From Bacteroidota bacterium (GTDB lineage Bacteria; Bacteroidota; Ignavibacteria; UBA10030; UBA8401), in the NCBI GenBank assembly GCA_035298825.1, contig DATGXR010000444.1, positions 5,819 to 69,818 of the forward strand: a stretch of 64,000 nucleotides of DNA, given 5' to 3'. The notes under the pieces are model-generated. The model saw nothing but the letters and a program-made list of their open reading frames with translations, was not told where the DNA came from and ran no database searches. Positions 55,932 to 64,000 of this stretch are shown piece after piece (position 1 is the first letter of the stretch; the number at the start of each line of letters is the position of its first letter). A program made the translations under genes and the position numbers.

Positions 55932-56300
55932 ATGGCAAAGATCCTGATCATCGACGACGATGAGCTTGTGCTCAACGCCTTGAGCAGTCTGCTTCATCAT
56001 GCAGGGCATGAACTCTTTATCACGGCCGACGGTCCGCGCTCCATTGCACTATTTAAAGAGCATAGTCCGGATGTGGTCATCCTTGATCTTGGACTTCCAA
56101 CGACAAGCGGAATGGATGTGCTCACGGAGATCCGGACGATCAACGCAGAGGCAAAAGTGATCATGATCTCAGGCTATACTGCGCCCCAAGTGATCGATGA
56201 AGCAAAGCACAAGGGCGCCTATGCGTTCCTTGAAAAGCCGTTCGAGATCCGCACGCTGATCAATCTGATCGCCACACTGATTCAGCCGGCCCAGAATTAA
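55932..56300 (+). CDS. single-domain CheY-like response regulator
   Basis: …KILIIDDDELV…VVILDLGLPTTSGMDV…VIMISGYT…KGAYAFLEKPF… TAAGGAG SD upstream. Confidence 0.9.
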   Translation: MAKILIIDDDELVLNALSSLLHHAGHELFITADGPRSIALFKEHSPDVVILDLGLPTTSGMDVLTEIRTINAEAKVIMISGYTAPQVIDEAKHKGAYAFLEKPFEIRTLINLIATLIQPAQN

Positions 56301-56365
56301 CCTCGCGAGGCCAACTGAGTGCCTGTGCGGCCCCGCGAGATGGAGAGAGATCAAATTTTTTTTCG

Positions 56366-57892
56366 TTACTGCTGTTCGGTGCGTTTGATCTTGCCGCCCT
56401 GCGTCTTGGGCAGCGAGTCGACGAACTCGATATGGTGGGGCACCTTGAAATCTTCGATATTCTTCCTGCAGTGCGCTTTGACTTCCTGGGCCGTGAGCGT
56501 CCGGTTTTCTTTCAGCACGATCTCGGCGCGGATCGCCTGCCCGAGCACGCCGTCCGGCACGCCGATCACGCGCGTTTCCTGAACCGCATCGAGCCGGTAG
56601 AGCACATCTTCCACTTCAACAGGAGAGACCTTCTCTCCGCGGCTTTTAATGAGCTCGTCCTCGCGCGCCACAAAGTGAAAATCCCCGTCCTCGTCTTCCA
56701 CAAACAAATCACGCGTCCGCAGCACTCGCTCCCAGGGATACCGTCCCGGTTTGAGCACTTTCGCGGTCGATTCGGGATCGTTCCAGTAGCCCTGCATGAT
56801 GTTCGAGCCGCGCACCATCATTTCACCGACCTGCCCCTGCGGCACCCGGTTGCCCGAAGCGTCTTCAAGCCACAGTTCGACATTTTTCATCCCCGAACCG
56901 ACGGAAGTCGGTTTGATATCAATCTCATCGGGAGGAAGAAATGTCGTGCGCAGACATTCGGTCAGGCCGTGCATCAGATAGATCTTCGCCTGCGGAAAAA
57001 TCTTGCGCAGCTGCGGAATGAACGCAGCAGGCAGCGCGGCCGCGGCGTTGGTCAGATAGCGAAGGTGCGAGAAATCTTCGCGCTCGAGGCCTTCCAATTT
57101 CAACATGATCGCATAGACAGTCGGAGCACCGGCGAATCCCGTGACGCGCTCATCCTTCAAACGCTGGATGATCTCGTAGGGATAGCCAAACCCTCGTTCG
57201 AGCACAATGCGGCCTCCGGTTTTGAATGTGACAAGCACCTGCAGCAATCCGTAGCTTGACGACAGGGGAAGCAGGCCCAGGATGACGTCGTTCTCCGTGT
57301 GTTCGAGATATTCGGCCACGACGTCGACGACGCTGTTGATCGTGCGGTGCAGGTGTGTCACTCCTTTAGGCTGGCCCGTCGAACCCGAAGTGTAAATGAT
57401 CGCAGCCAGATCGGCGTCGATGATCTTCACCGGTGTAAAAGGCAGGAGCGTGTTGGTGACCTGCTCAAAACTCATATAGCGATCGTCATCTTCGGCCGGC
57501 CCCGTGAGGATGATACCGGGACGCGCAGGCAGCGAGGAATTCTTGAGTGCTTGTTCGACCGTCGCGAGTTTTTCAACGGAAGCGACGATGAACTTCGCTC
57601 CGGCATCGTTGAGAATGAAGCCGAGCCGTTCAGCATGTGTTGAGGGATTGACGATCACCAGGCATCCGCCGGCTTCCAGGATGCCAAAAATCGCGACAAC
57701 CGTTTCGAGACTGCTGTCGATGAACACCGCCACACGGTCTCCCCGTTCAAGTTCCTGCGTGCGCAGGAAGGCGGCGAAATTCTTCGCCCTCTCATCGATC
57801 ATCCTGTATGAGGCCCGCAGCTTGCCGCAGACCAGGGCGGTCTTCTCTGGAAGCCGTGTCGCTGTGCGTGAAAGATACTCATGTATCAGCAT
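56366..57892 (-). CDS. AMP-forming acyl-CoA/acyl-ACP ligase (adenylate-forming enzyme superfamily)
   Basis: …IIYTSGSTGQPKGV… (AMP-binding core). …GEMMVRGSNIMQGYWN… and C-terminal …GKIKR. Start at 57892, preceded by GAAGGGGA. Confidence 0.9.
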   Translation of the reverse strand: MLIHEYLSRTATRLPEKTALVCGKLRASYRMIDERAKNFAAFLRTQELERGDRVAVFIDSSLETVVAIFGILEAGGCLVIVNPSTHAERLGFILNDAGAKFIVASVEKLATVEQALKNSSLPARPGIILTGPAEDDDRYMSFEQVTNTLLPFTPVKIIDADLAAIIYTSGSTGQPKGVTHLHRTINSVVDVVAEYLEHTENDVILGLLPLSSSYGLLQVLVTFKTGGRIVLERGFGYPYEIIQRLKDERVTGFAGAPTVYAIMLKLEGLEREDFSHLRYLTNAAAALPAAFIPQLRKIFPQAKIYLMHGLTECLRTTFLPPDEIDIKPTSVGSGMKNVELWLEDASGNRVPQGQVGEMMVRGSNIMQGYWNDPESTAKVLKPGRYPWERVLRTRDLFVEDEDGDFHFVAREDELIKSRGEKVSPVEVEDVLYRLDAVQETRVIGVPDGVLGQAIRAEIVLKENRTLTAQEVKAHCRKNIEDFKVPHHIEFVDSLPKTQGGKIKRTEQQ

Positions 57893-58036
57893 TGGAATGA
57901 TCCCCTTCGATTGTTCGTACGCCTCCCCGCGCGCGCACTCTCTCTCGCATCGATGCCGCGGCGGGTCCATCCGCACACACACATACTTTCTCTGGTTTTC
58001 GGGTCTTTATCTTTCTGTGTGATCAAACAAGAAACA

Positions 58037-58297
58037 TCATTGGCGGCCATTGACTTTCGTTGAAAGGAAGTCCGTGATCTTGTCGATCGAGTCAAAATTT
58101 TCGCCGACCAGTTCATTGTCTTGAAATTTCAATCCGTATGTCGTTTCAAGAAAACCGATGAGTTCCAGAATCCCCGTCGAATCAATGATACCGCTGCCAA
58201 GCAGGGATGTCGATCCGTCGATCGTGCGTGTGTCGTCGAATGTAAAATTTTTCTGGATGAAGCGCTGGACTTCTTCGTGTACCTTCTCCTGTATCAT
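58037..58297 (-). CDS. acyl carrier protein-like
   Basis: 86 aa. …LGSGIIDSTGILELIGFLE… (phosphopantetheine Ser in a DS motif, 4-helix length). Immediately upstream of the ligase on the same strand. GAGGAACC SD. Confidence 0.75.
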   Translation of the reverse strand: MIQEKVHEEVQRFIQKNFTFDDTRTIDGSTSLLGSGIIDSTGILELIGFLETTYGLKFQDNELVGENFDSIDKITDFLSTKVNGRQ

Positions 58298-58399
58298 AGA
58301 GTGGTTCCTCAAGGATGTGCGTAGTTGATACGATGCTGCCTTCAATGTTTGTTAATTCAGGAACGTGTATCCTGTGGAGCATGCAAGTGAACACAACGT

Positions 58400-59410
58400 C
58401 TATGAACCCTTCTTCACATCATCGATCAAGGCGCAGATCGGCTCAACCGGTTCCATCGTGAGCGCCGGCAGATGCAGCGACAATGTCGCCCGCCGCTTCG
58501 ATTCGATGTCCTTGTAGATGCGCTCAACCTGCTCGGGCCTCAAACCGAGCTCGGCGGCGGCATCGTCGGGTGTGATATTGTTATTGTATGAGTAGAGGCA
58601 AAGATCCATTTTATCGTACGGCAGCGCGAAATAAAATTCCTCCTGCGTCTGTTCAAGCGAGTACGTATCGGTGGTGGGCGTACGCGAGACGATTTCGTCG
58701 GGCACACCGAGCGCGCGCGCCAATTGGTAGACCTGCGTCTTATACAAGTGGGCGATCGGCTTGAAGTCGGCAAGTCCGTCGCCGCCCTTGACGAAAAATC
58801 CCTGGTCGTATTCAAGCCGGTTGGGCGTACCGCACACGGCGTAGTTGAGACGGTCGGCGTGATAATATTCCATCATCGCGCGGATGCGCTGCTTGAAATT
58901 TGTTGCCGCCACAAGCTGCAGGTAGTCCTCCATCGACAGCCGCTCGGTGCAATACTCGCCCTGCGGCGTTTGCACGGTCAGGCGCGAAACATTCAGCCGG
59001 TCGCCGTCGAGGATCGAAGGAAGCACGATCTTGTTTTTCCATCCTTCGCCGTACTGCGGAAACAGATGGCGGATGGCCTCAAGCTGCCGTCTGTAGCATC
59101 CGGCGCCTTCGAGCACGGGCGTGATATCTTCTTCGACGCACGGGATCTGGAATCGCTCGGCCAGTTGCCGGCCCAGTCTGCGCGACGTCTCAGAAGAGTC
59201 GCGTTCGGGCATCAGCAGGGCCAGGACGTGTGCGCTGCCAAAGGCGCGCACGCACAACGCCGCACAGACGGCACTGTCGATCCCGCCTGAGACGCCGACG
59301 ACGGCTCCCCGTCGGCGAACCGTTTGGCGCACGGTGGTCCGAATGGTCTGCGCGATTTTTTCGATTTCACGTTCGGCATCGACCATTAGCACATCGCTGC
59401 TTGTGAGCAT
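58400..59410 (-). CDS. nadE: NH3-dependent NAD+ synthetase-family PP-loop ATP pyrophosphatase
   Basis: …VVGVSGGIDSAV… (SGGxDS PP-loop). …VCGTPNRLEYDQGFFVKGGDGLADFKPIAHLYKTQVYQLARALGVP… NadE core. Start at 59410 with AAAGGAAT SD. Confidence 0.75.
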   Translation of the reverse strand: MLTSSDVLMVDAEREIEKIAQTIRTTVRQTVRRRGAVVGVSGGIDSAVCAALCVRAFGSAHVLALLMPERDSSETSRRLGRQLAERFQIPCVEEDITPVLEGAGCYRRQLEAIRHLFPQYGEGWKNKIVLPSILDGDRLNVSRLTVQTPQGEYCTERLSMEDYLQLVAATNFKQRIRAMMEYYHADRLNYAVCGTPNRLEYDQGFFVKGGDGLADFKPIAHLYKTQVYQLARALGVPDEIVSRTPTTDTYSLEQTQEEFYFALPYDKMDLCLYSYNNNITPDDAAAELGLRPEQVERIYKDIESKRRATLSLHLPALTMEPVEPICALIDDVKKGS

Positions 59411-59562
59411 AGAACGGATTCCTTTATTTGGACATGGATGAGTGAGTGATGTCTCTTGTGCAGACCGCGCCTGCAACTGTACCAGGATGATTGTGTCGGC
59501 GTGTGTCTGCGTCTGTGTTGATAGAACACCAAATCATGGCAGAATGGTGCCGCGCATGTGCC

Positions 59563-60654
59563 TTATGTGCGTCCCGGTTCGTGCCGGGAAATCGATCGTG
59601 CGATCACGACGGTGACAAGGGCGCCGAGCGCCGCTCCGAGCGTGTTGCTCACCACATCGAGCAGGCTCGAGAACCGGCTCGGTAAAAAGATCTGCAGCGA
59701 TTCAATACTCACACTCAAGATCATACCGAAACACATCGACAGGATCGTGACAAACACCATCCCGTTGACAGTGCGCCGTAGCGCTAACGCAGAAAAAAAA
59801 CCAATCGGAAGGAAGAAAAACACATTGGCAACGATATCGCGGATATATAAGCGCTGCCTCCCCATAATGCGAAATGAATCGAACAGCGTACTCCGGTTAT
59901 ACGGCATATAGAACGCCGGAATGAACACCGAATCAGGATCCGAACCGATCGATGGTATGAACTGCTCCGCGCGCCGACCGAATTCATAATGGATGATAGA
60001 TGAATATTTCCTAAAAATCAAGTCCGGATGCCGAAGTTCTGCCGCTTTAAATGCACGATCGAAAATCGCCGCCGAATGAATGGTTCCCTCCCACTGCTGT
60101 TTTCCCGACGGATCGGTGCCGAAGATGATCGGATAGGTTGAATCCCACTGCGTCAACGCCATCGGCCCTGTGCGGCGCTCGGCCTTCTTGATCCCGTCCA
60201 CATAACACCGCACGGTTGTCCCGTTGAACGTGAGGGCGATCCAGGACTGCTTTCCCTTCCTGAAGACATCGGGAATGGTTAGTTCGTTGAACTGTTTCGA
60301 ATCACGATTGAAGAATTGCACATTGAGCTGGCTCCTCCATTGGCCGATCGAAAAATTCTGGTCGTAGACATTGCGGCCCGAGCTCATTATGCGCGCAAAC
60401 CTTCCGACTTCTTCACCTTCATCGGGCGTCACCTGAAGCAGAAACGTGAACTGATAGAGGTACGACAGCGCCTCGTGCGGCCTGATCGTATAGGCGGTGC
60501 CGGGCAGTGAAAATGCGAGCCCGTCGCCTTCCGGACGGACGTTGTTGCGCTGTAGGAAATTATACGGATAGAGCGTCAGGAGGCAGATAATAAGGACGCA
60601 CACGAAGAGATAGCGCAGAGGATAAGTCTGAAACGATCTAAATAGTGTGCGCAT
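59563..60654 (-). CDS. LamG/concanavalin-like domain fused to C-terminal VanZ-like membrane domain
   Basis: N-terminal TM. About 200-aa beta-sandwich region (…WIALTFNGTTVRCYVDGIKKA…). C-terminal 4-TM VanZ-like (…NVFFFLPIGFFSAL…LLDVVSNTLGAALG…). Start at the ATG at 60654. Confidence 0.6.
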   Translation of the reverse strand: MRTLFRSFQTYPLRYLFVCVLIICLLTLYPYNFLQRNNVRPEGDGLAFSLPGTAYTIRPHEALSYLYQFTFLLQVTPDEGEEVGRFARIMSSGRNVYDQNFSIGQWRSQLNVQFFNRDSKQFNELTIPDVFRKGKQSWIALTFNGTTVRCYVDGIKKAERRTGPMALTQWDSTYPIIFGTDPSGKQQWEGTIHSAAIFDRAFKAAELRHPDLIFRKYSSIIHYEFGRRAEQFIPSIGSDPDSVFIPAFYMPYNRSTLFDSFRIMGRQRLYIRDIVANVFFFLPIGFFSALALRRTVNGMVFVTILSMCFGMILSVSIESLQIFLPSRFSSLLDVVSNTLGAALGALVTVVIARSISRHEPGRT

Positions 60655-60874
60655 GGAATCGGCATGGATAATAATGCTGCGTGTGAGTTGTGAGAGTGAG
60701 CGAGTGTGTGTGTATGTATGGCTCCTTTCCTTATCAATGATACCAACAAATGGGCAGACATTCAATATGTCGGGAATGGATTCTTCACGCGGCTTGCTTC
60801 TCTGCGGTCTTCGTCTTATTTTGCAGATACTTCTTCTGTCGGTACATATTAGAGAAAGGAGCGTGTGCGACACG

Positions 60875-62626
60875 ATGACGATGCGGCGCGGCATGTGTGT
60901 TCTCCTGGGGGGATGTGCCATCTGCGTTTCAACACTGACATCACAAATACGCACCTTCCCCTATCACGAATCATTCGATTCGGCGCGCGCGCCACTGCTG
61001 CCTGCCGGATGGAGCACGACGAAGGCGAAAGCCTCATCGGGCGATTTTTCCACAACGTCATCGACCGCCTATTCGGCGCCGAATGCCGTCCTTGCCACCG
61101 ACGCGCGCATCCCGCAGGCGCTCGTGAGCCCGTTGTTTTCATTCCGATCGCGCACGGCGCAGACGCTTGAATTTTTTGAACGCCGCTCGAGCTCCTTCAC
61201 ATCCGGACTCGTTGTCGAGTATGCCATCGGGAACGATTCGCTTGCCTGGAGACGCTTCTCGGATACGCTCTTGCTTGCCTCCTCATCAGCCTATGTCCGG
61301 CGCGTCCTCGCGCTTCCTGATTCGATCAACGATCGCGACTCGGTACGCTTTCGCTGGCGCACGCTTGGCAACGGCACGGGCGCAACCGGTACGCTCCGAT
61401 TCGACGACATCACACTCACAGTCGCACGCGCGCGCGATCTCAGTCTTGATTCAATGGTGAAGCTGCCGTCAGGCCCATTGCTGCCGAACACGGATATCGC
61501 CTGCATCCTGAATGTGCGCAACCGCGCCAGCACGCCGTGCACCTGCACCTGGACTGCCGAGCTCTATGATTCGACGCTCGGACGCGTGGCGGCATCGGCC
61601 GCATTCACGCACGCATTTGCCGCCTCCGGAGATTCGTGCCCGTGCACGATTGTCTATCCTTCTGTCGCTCCCGGCACGCACGTCTTGAGCGGCCGCATCA
61701 TCGTCGGTGAGGGCGATGAGGATACGACGAACAATACCGTCCGTTTTGTGTTGACGACATCCATACGCGAACGCTCATTGGTGATCAACGAGATCATGTA
61801 CGAGCCGTCGTCGACAGCCGGACAATGCGAATACATCGAGTTCTATAATCGCTCAACCGAGAACTGCGATCTCTTCGGATGTTTCATCACCGATGATCCG
61901 CACGCCACAAACACCGATCGCACGGTGATCGGCCTGTCGCCGCGCGCACACCGGATGATTCCCGCAGGATCGTACGGTGTCATCGCTGCGGACTCTTCGA
62001 TCGGCGCGATGATCTCACGAGTCGCATCAGTTACTGATCCTCCGATCCTGTTCGTGGTCTCGTCACTCGGCCTGAACAATACAGGAGACACGATCGCACT
62101 GTGCGACCACACAGGCACGGTAATCGACGAAGTCGCATACGCCCCCTCGTGGCACCGTGCGCGCACTGCGACTGCCGGGCGATCGCTTGAACGGATCAAT
62201 CCCGAACTTCCGGCACAGGACGCGCGCAACTGGAGCACATGCGTCAACCGCGAAGGAGGAACGCCGGGATCGAAGAATTCAATCTTCACCCTATCCCTTC
62301 CGCGCGATGCGTCGCTTGTGCTTTCGCCCAATCCGTTCTCACCCGATGGAGACGGCAGGGACGACTTCCTTGGAATTTCCTACGCGCTGCAATCGACGTC
62401 GCTTTCCATCCGCGTGCGTATCTACGATCTTGCAGGCAGACTCGTGCGCACGCTTGCCAACAATGAACCCTCGGCATCGACCGGCACGTTTTTTTGGAAT
62501 GGAATGGATGATGCCGGCCGCCGTGTGCGCCTGGGCATTTACATTGTCTATCTTGAAGCGCTCAATCTCGAGGGCACGGTCTATCGCACGCTCAAAGATG
62601 CGGCCGTCGTGGCCGCGCCGCTTTAG
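60875..62626 (+). CDS. secreted lamin-tail-domain (LTD) protein with C-terminal FlgD-Ig/T9SS-type sorting domain
   Basis: Signal peptide. …LVINEIMYEPSSTAGQCEYIEFYNRS… (LTD signature). C-terminal …LSPNPFSPDGDGRDD…IRVRIYDLAGRLVRTL…GTFFWNGMDDAGRRVRLGIYIVYLEA… CTD pattern. AAAGGAG SD. Confidence 0.7.
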   Translation: MTMRRGMCVLLGGCAICVSTLTSQIRTFPYHESFDSARAPLLPAGWSTTKAKASSGDFSTTSSTAYSAPNAVLATDARIPQALVSPLFSFRSRTAQTLEFFERRSSSFTSGLVVEYAIGNDSLAWRRFSDTLLLASSSAYVRRVLALPDSINDRDSVRFRWRTLGNGTGATGTLRFDDITLTVARARDLSLDSMVKLPSGPLLPNTDIACILNVRNRASTPCTCTWTAELYDSTLGRVAASAAFTHAFAASGDSCPCTIVYPSVAPGTHVLSGRIIVGEGDEDTTNNTVRFVLTTSIRERSLVINEIMYEPSSTAGQCEYIEFYNRSTENCDLFGCFITDDPHATNTDRTVIGLSPRAHRMIPAGSYGVIAADSSIGAMISRVASVTDPPILFVVSSLGLNNTGDTIALCDHTGTVIDEVAYAPSWHRARTATAGRSLERINPELPAQDARNWSTCVNREGGTPGSKNSIFTLSLPRDASLVLSPNPFSPDGDGRDDFLGISYALQSTSLSIRVRIYDLAGRLVRTLANNEPSASTGTFFWNGMDDAGRRVRLGIYIVYLEALNLEGTVYRTLKDAAVVAAPL

Positions 62627-62684
62627 CGCACGAAACCCGGCCAGTCGTTGTGCCGAGACGAGGAACAAGAAGAAGGAAGTTCTG

Positions 62685-63716
62685 ATGTATTTCAAGGGAT
62701 ACGCATATACATCATTTGCATGCGACGGATTCGAGCAGGGCGCAAGAGGCTCGGCCATCCGTGATTTGCGCGCGCAGACAGGAAGCACCTGGATCGCGCT
62801 CACATTCTTTGAATTCCAACGGCATGCTCATTCGGTTGAGATCGCTCCGCATACAACACACACGAATCCCGAAACCGGCAAGCCGTGGTATGGCACATCG
62901 AGCCGGGACGATCTCCGCATTGCCGTACGCGACGCTCGCAGCGAGCACGTTCGCATCATGTTGAAGCCCCATGTGGATTGTTACTCGGGAGAGTGGCGTG
63001 CCAGGATCACACCCGATAGAGCCGGTGCATGGTTTACTGCATACGCGCAGATGATGATGAAGTACGCCCGGCTTGCATCCGAGGAACACATCGAGATGCT
63101 CTGTATCGGCACCGAGCTCATCTCGGCGACACAGGAACGATTCAGCGCACAGTGGCGCTCACTCATCGCCGATATCCGTTCGGTCTACTCTGGGATGCTC
63201 ACCTATTCATCGAACTGGACCGGGCTATTCGATGCCGTCCCCGAATACGAACAGATCTCATTCTGGAACGAGCTGGACTTGATCGGCGTGAGCGCGTATC
63301 TCCCGATCGCCGGCTCGGTCACACACGCGCTGCCGGCCGACGCCGAGGCGGAATCAAGACTTCACGCGCACGGCGCGAGACTCTCGGCGCTTGCCGTGCG
63401 CACAGGCAGAAGAGTCGTGCTCACCGAATGCGGCTGCCGCTCGGTTGCAGGCGCGCTCATCGATCCGGCCGACTCTTCAGACGCGTCCCATGGCTCGACG
63501 CGCGCGGATGAATCGGCGCAGGCATGCTACTACACTGCCGTCTTGAAATACTTCGGAAGCCGGCCATGGTGCGCCGGAATATTCTGGTGGAATTGGGAAG
63601 CGGTGCCGGGAGCGCGCGAAGCGATCGATTATACCTGCCGCGGAAAGTTCGCCGCGCGCGTGCTGAAGGAATTCTACACAACAGGAAACGAACCGCGTCC
63701 GGGCCCGATCGTATGA
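62685..63716 (+). CDS. TIM-barrel glycoside-hydrolase-like protein (clan GH-A-like)
   Basis: …RIMLKPHVD…, …IGTELI…, …VVLTECGC… (candidate nucleophile Glu in an NEP/TEC context), …WWNWE… Start at 62685 with GAAGGAAG SD. Confidence 0.55.
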   Translation: MYFKGYAYTSFACDGFEQGARGSAIRDLRAQTGSTWIALTFFEFQRHAHSVEIAPHTTHTNPETGKPWYGTSSRDDLRIAVRDARSEHVRIMLKPHVDCYSGEWRARITPDRAGAWFTAYAQMMMKYARLASEEHIEMLCIGTELISATQERFSAQWRSLIADIRSVYSGMLTYSSNWTGLFDAVPEYEQISFWNELDLIGVSAYLPIAGSVTHALPADAEAESRLHAHGARLSALAVRTGRRVVLTECGCRSVAGALIDPADSSDASHGSTRADESAQACYYTAVLKYFGSRPWCAGIFWWNWEAVPGAREAIDYTCRGKFAARVLKEFYTTGNEPRPGPIV

Positions 63717-63719
63717 TAC

Positions 63720-63986
63720 TCAGGCCGCTGGCTCGAGCGCTTCGGCAATAATGATGCCTGTATCGTCCTTGAACTTTGCAAGATAATCATGCAGCGGCGC
63801 CTGTGTGATTTGCACCTTCGCTCCCGCAATCGGCGCATGGAGAAAATGCAGCTCGCCGGTATCGAGACGGATGGCCAATCCCGTGTGCTTGATATCCATG
63901 CCCTTGAGGTTCGTCGTGATGCCGATGAGGCTGCCGGTCTTGATCTTGTCTGCGAACATATGCACGTTGCCCTTCGGAAGGAACAC
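63720..63986 (-). CDS. hypothetical protein, possibly the C-terminal part of a gene continuing past the window end
   Basis: 88-aa ORF with protein-like composition. Its upstream continuation cannot be assessed within the window. Confidence 0.3.
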   Translation of the reverse strand: MFLPKGNVHMFADKIKTGSLIGITTNLKGMDIKHTGLAIRLDTGELHFLHAPIAGAKVQITQAPLHDYLAKFKDDTGIIIAEALEPAA

Positions 63987-64000
63987 GAGATCTCGCGCAT

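Noticed and set aside
56301-56365. Possible bidirectional terminator between cheY-like (plus) and acyl-CoA ligase (minus) genes
   Set aside because: Imperfect stem (CTCGCGAGG…CCCCGCGAG with a mismatch), and the T8 run is 16 nt away from the stem. Suggestive only.
58400-59410. Considered calling the PP-loop enzyme an asparagine-synthetase-type amidotransferase (exosortase-associated)
   Set aside because: Motif content (SGGIDS plus the NadE core GTxNxxExxxGYxTKxGDG) fits NH3-dependent NAD synthetase, not AsnB. No glutaminase domain. Kept as nadE with a context caveat.
2955-60720. Scattered (CA)n/(TG)n and CACACGCGTG-type short repeats, checked as possible CRISPR or IS ends
   Set aside because: No regular repeat-spacer periodicity, no cas genes, no terminal inverted repeats flanking a transposase. 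Treated as simple microrepeats.

Overview
High-GC (~60%) bacterial chromosomal segment with about 55 real CDS on both strands. It has FCB-group hallmarks (SusC/SusD pair, T9SS-type C-terminal sorting domains, beta-propeller/Y_Y_Y sensor) but also clear Shine-Dalgarno sites, so probably a non-Bacteroidia FCB lineage (Ignavibacteria, Rhodothermia or Gemmatimonadetes-like); this is inference. No rRNA, tRNA, CRISPR, transposase or integrase was recognised. Layout: (i) 1-3.5 kb housekeeping: gamma-glutamyltransferase (partial at window edge), CorC/HlyC transporter, SSB. (ii) 3.5-12 kb sensing and uptake: LytTR regulator, propeller-YYY-LytS kinase, SusD-like, SusC-like TonB receptor. (iii) 12-19 kb signalling island: XRE HTH, OmpR regulator, 1122-aa REC-PAS-histidine kinase, REC-DHp protein, receiver-less sigma54 enhancer-binding protein. 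(iv) 19-56 kb a divergently organised exopolysaccharide/O-antigen-like locus. The minus-strand arm is Wza, PorV/PorQ-like OMP, a degenerate sigma54-EBP-like ATPase, a WecA-like initiating transferase fusion, two GH18 paralogues and a T9SS cargo. The plus-strand arm is Wzz, Wzc-like ATPase, Wzy, methyltransferase, WecB/TagA, Wzx, NodB deacetylase, several GT4/GT9/GT2, a CDP-sugar pathway (rfbF, rfbG, RmlC-like, SAF oxidoreductase, class-III aminotransferase), LmbE, CN-hydrolase, DUF418-like, GNAT-like, polyprenol-P GT2 plus GT-C pair, PgaC-like GT2, CheY. (v) 56-64 kb: ACP, acyl-CoA ligase and NadE operon, LamG-VanZ protein, LTD protein with T9SS-like CTD, GH-like TIM barrel. Most interesting: an identical tandem palindromic operator (TTAGAA-N2-TTCTAA twice, 6-bp spacer, followed by TTTGC) found upstream of both the REC-DHp/sigma54-EBP operon and the WecA-like/GH18 operon; a split NtrC-like pair (REC-DHp plus receiver-less EBP); a pseudo-EBP with ruined GAFTGA and Walker B inside the export operon; a sigma54-type -24/-12 element in front of wzz; and homopolymeric tracts in glycosyltransferase coding regions. 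Many long ORFs in the track are antisense artefacts of high GC.
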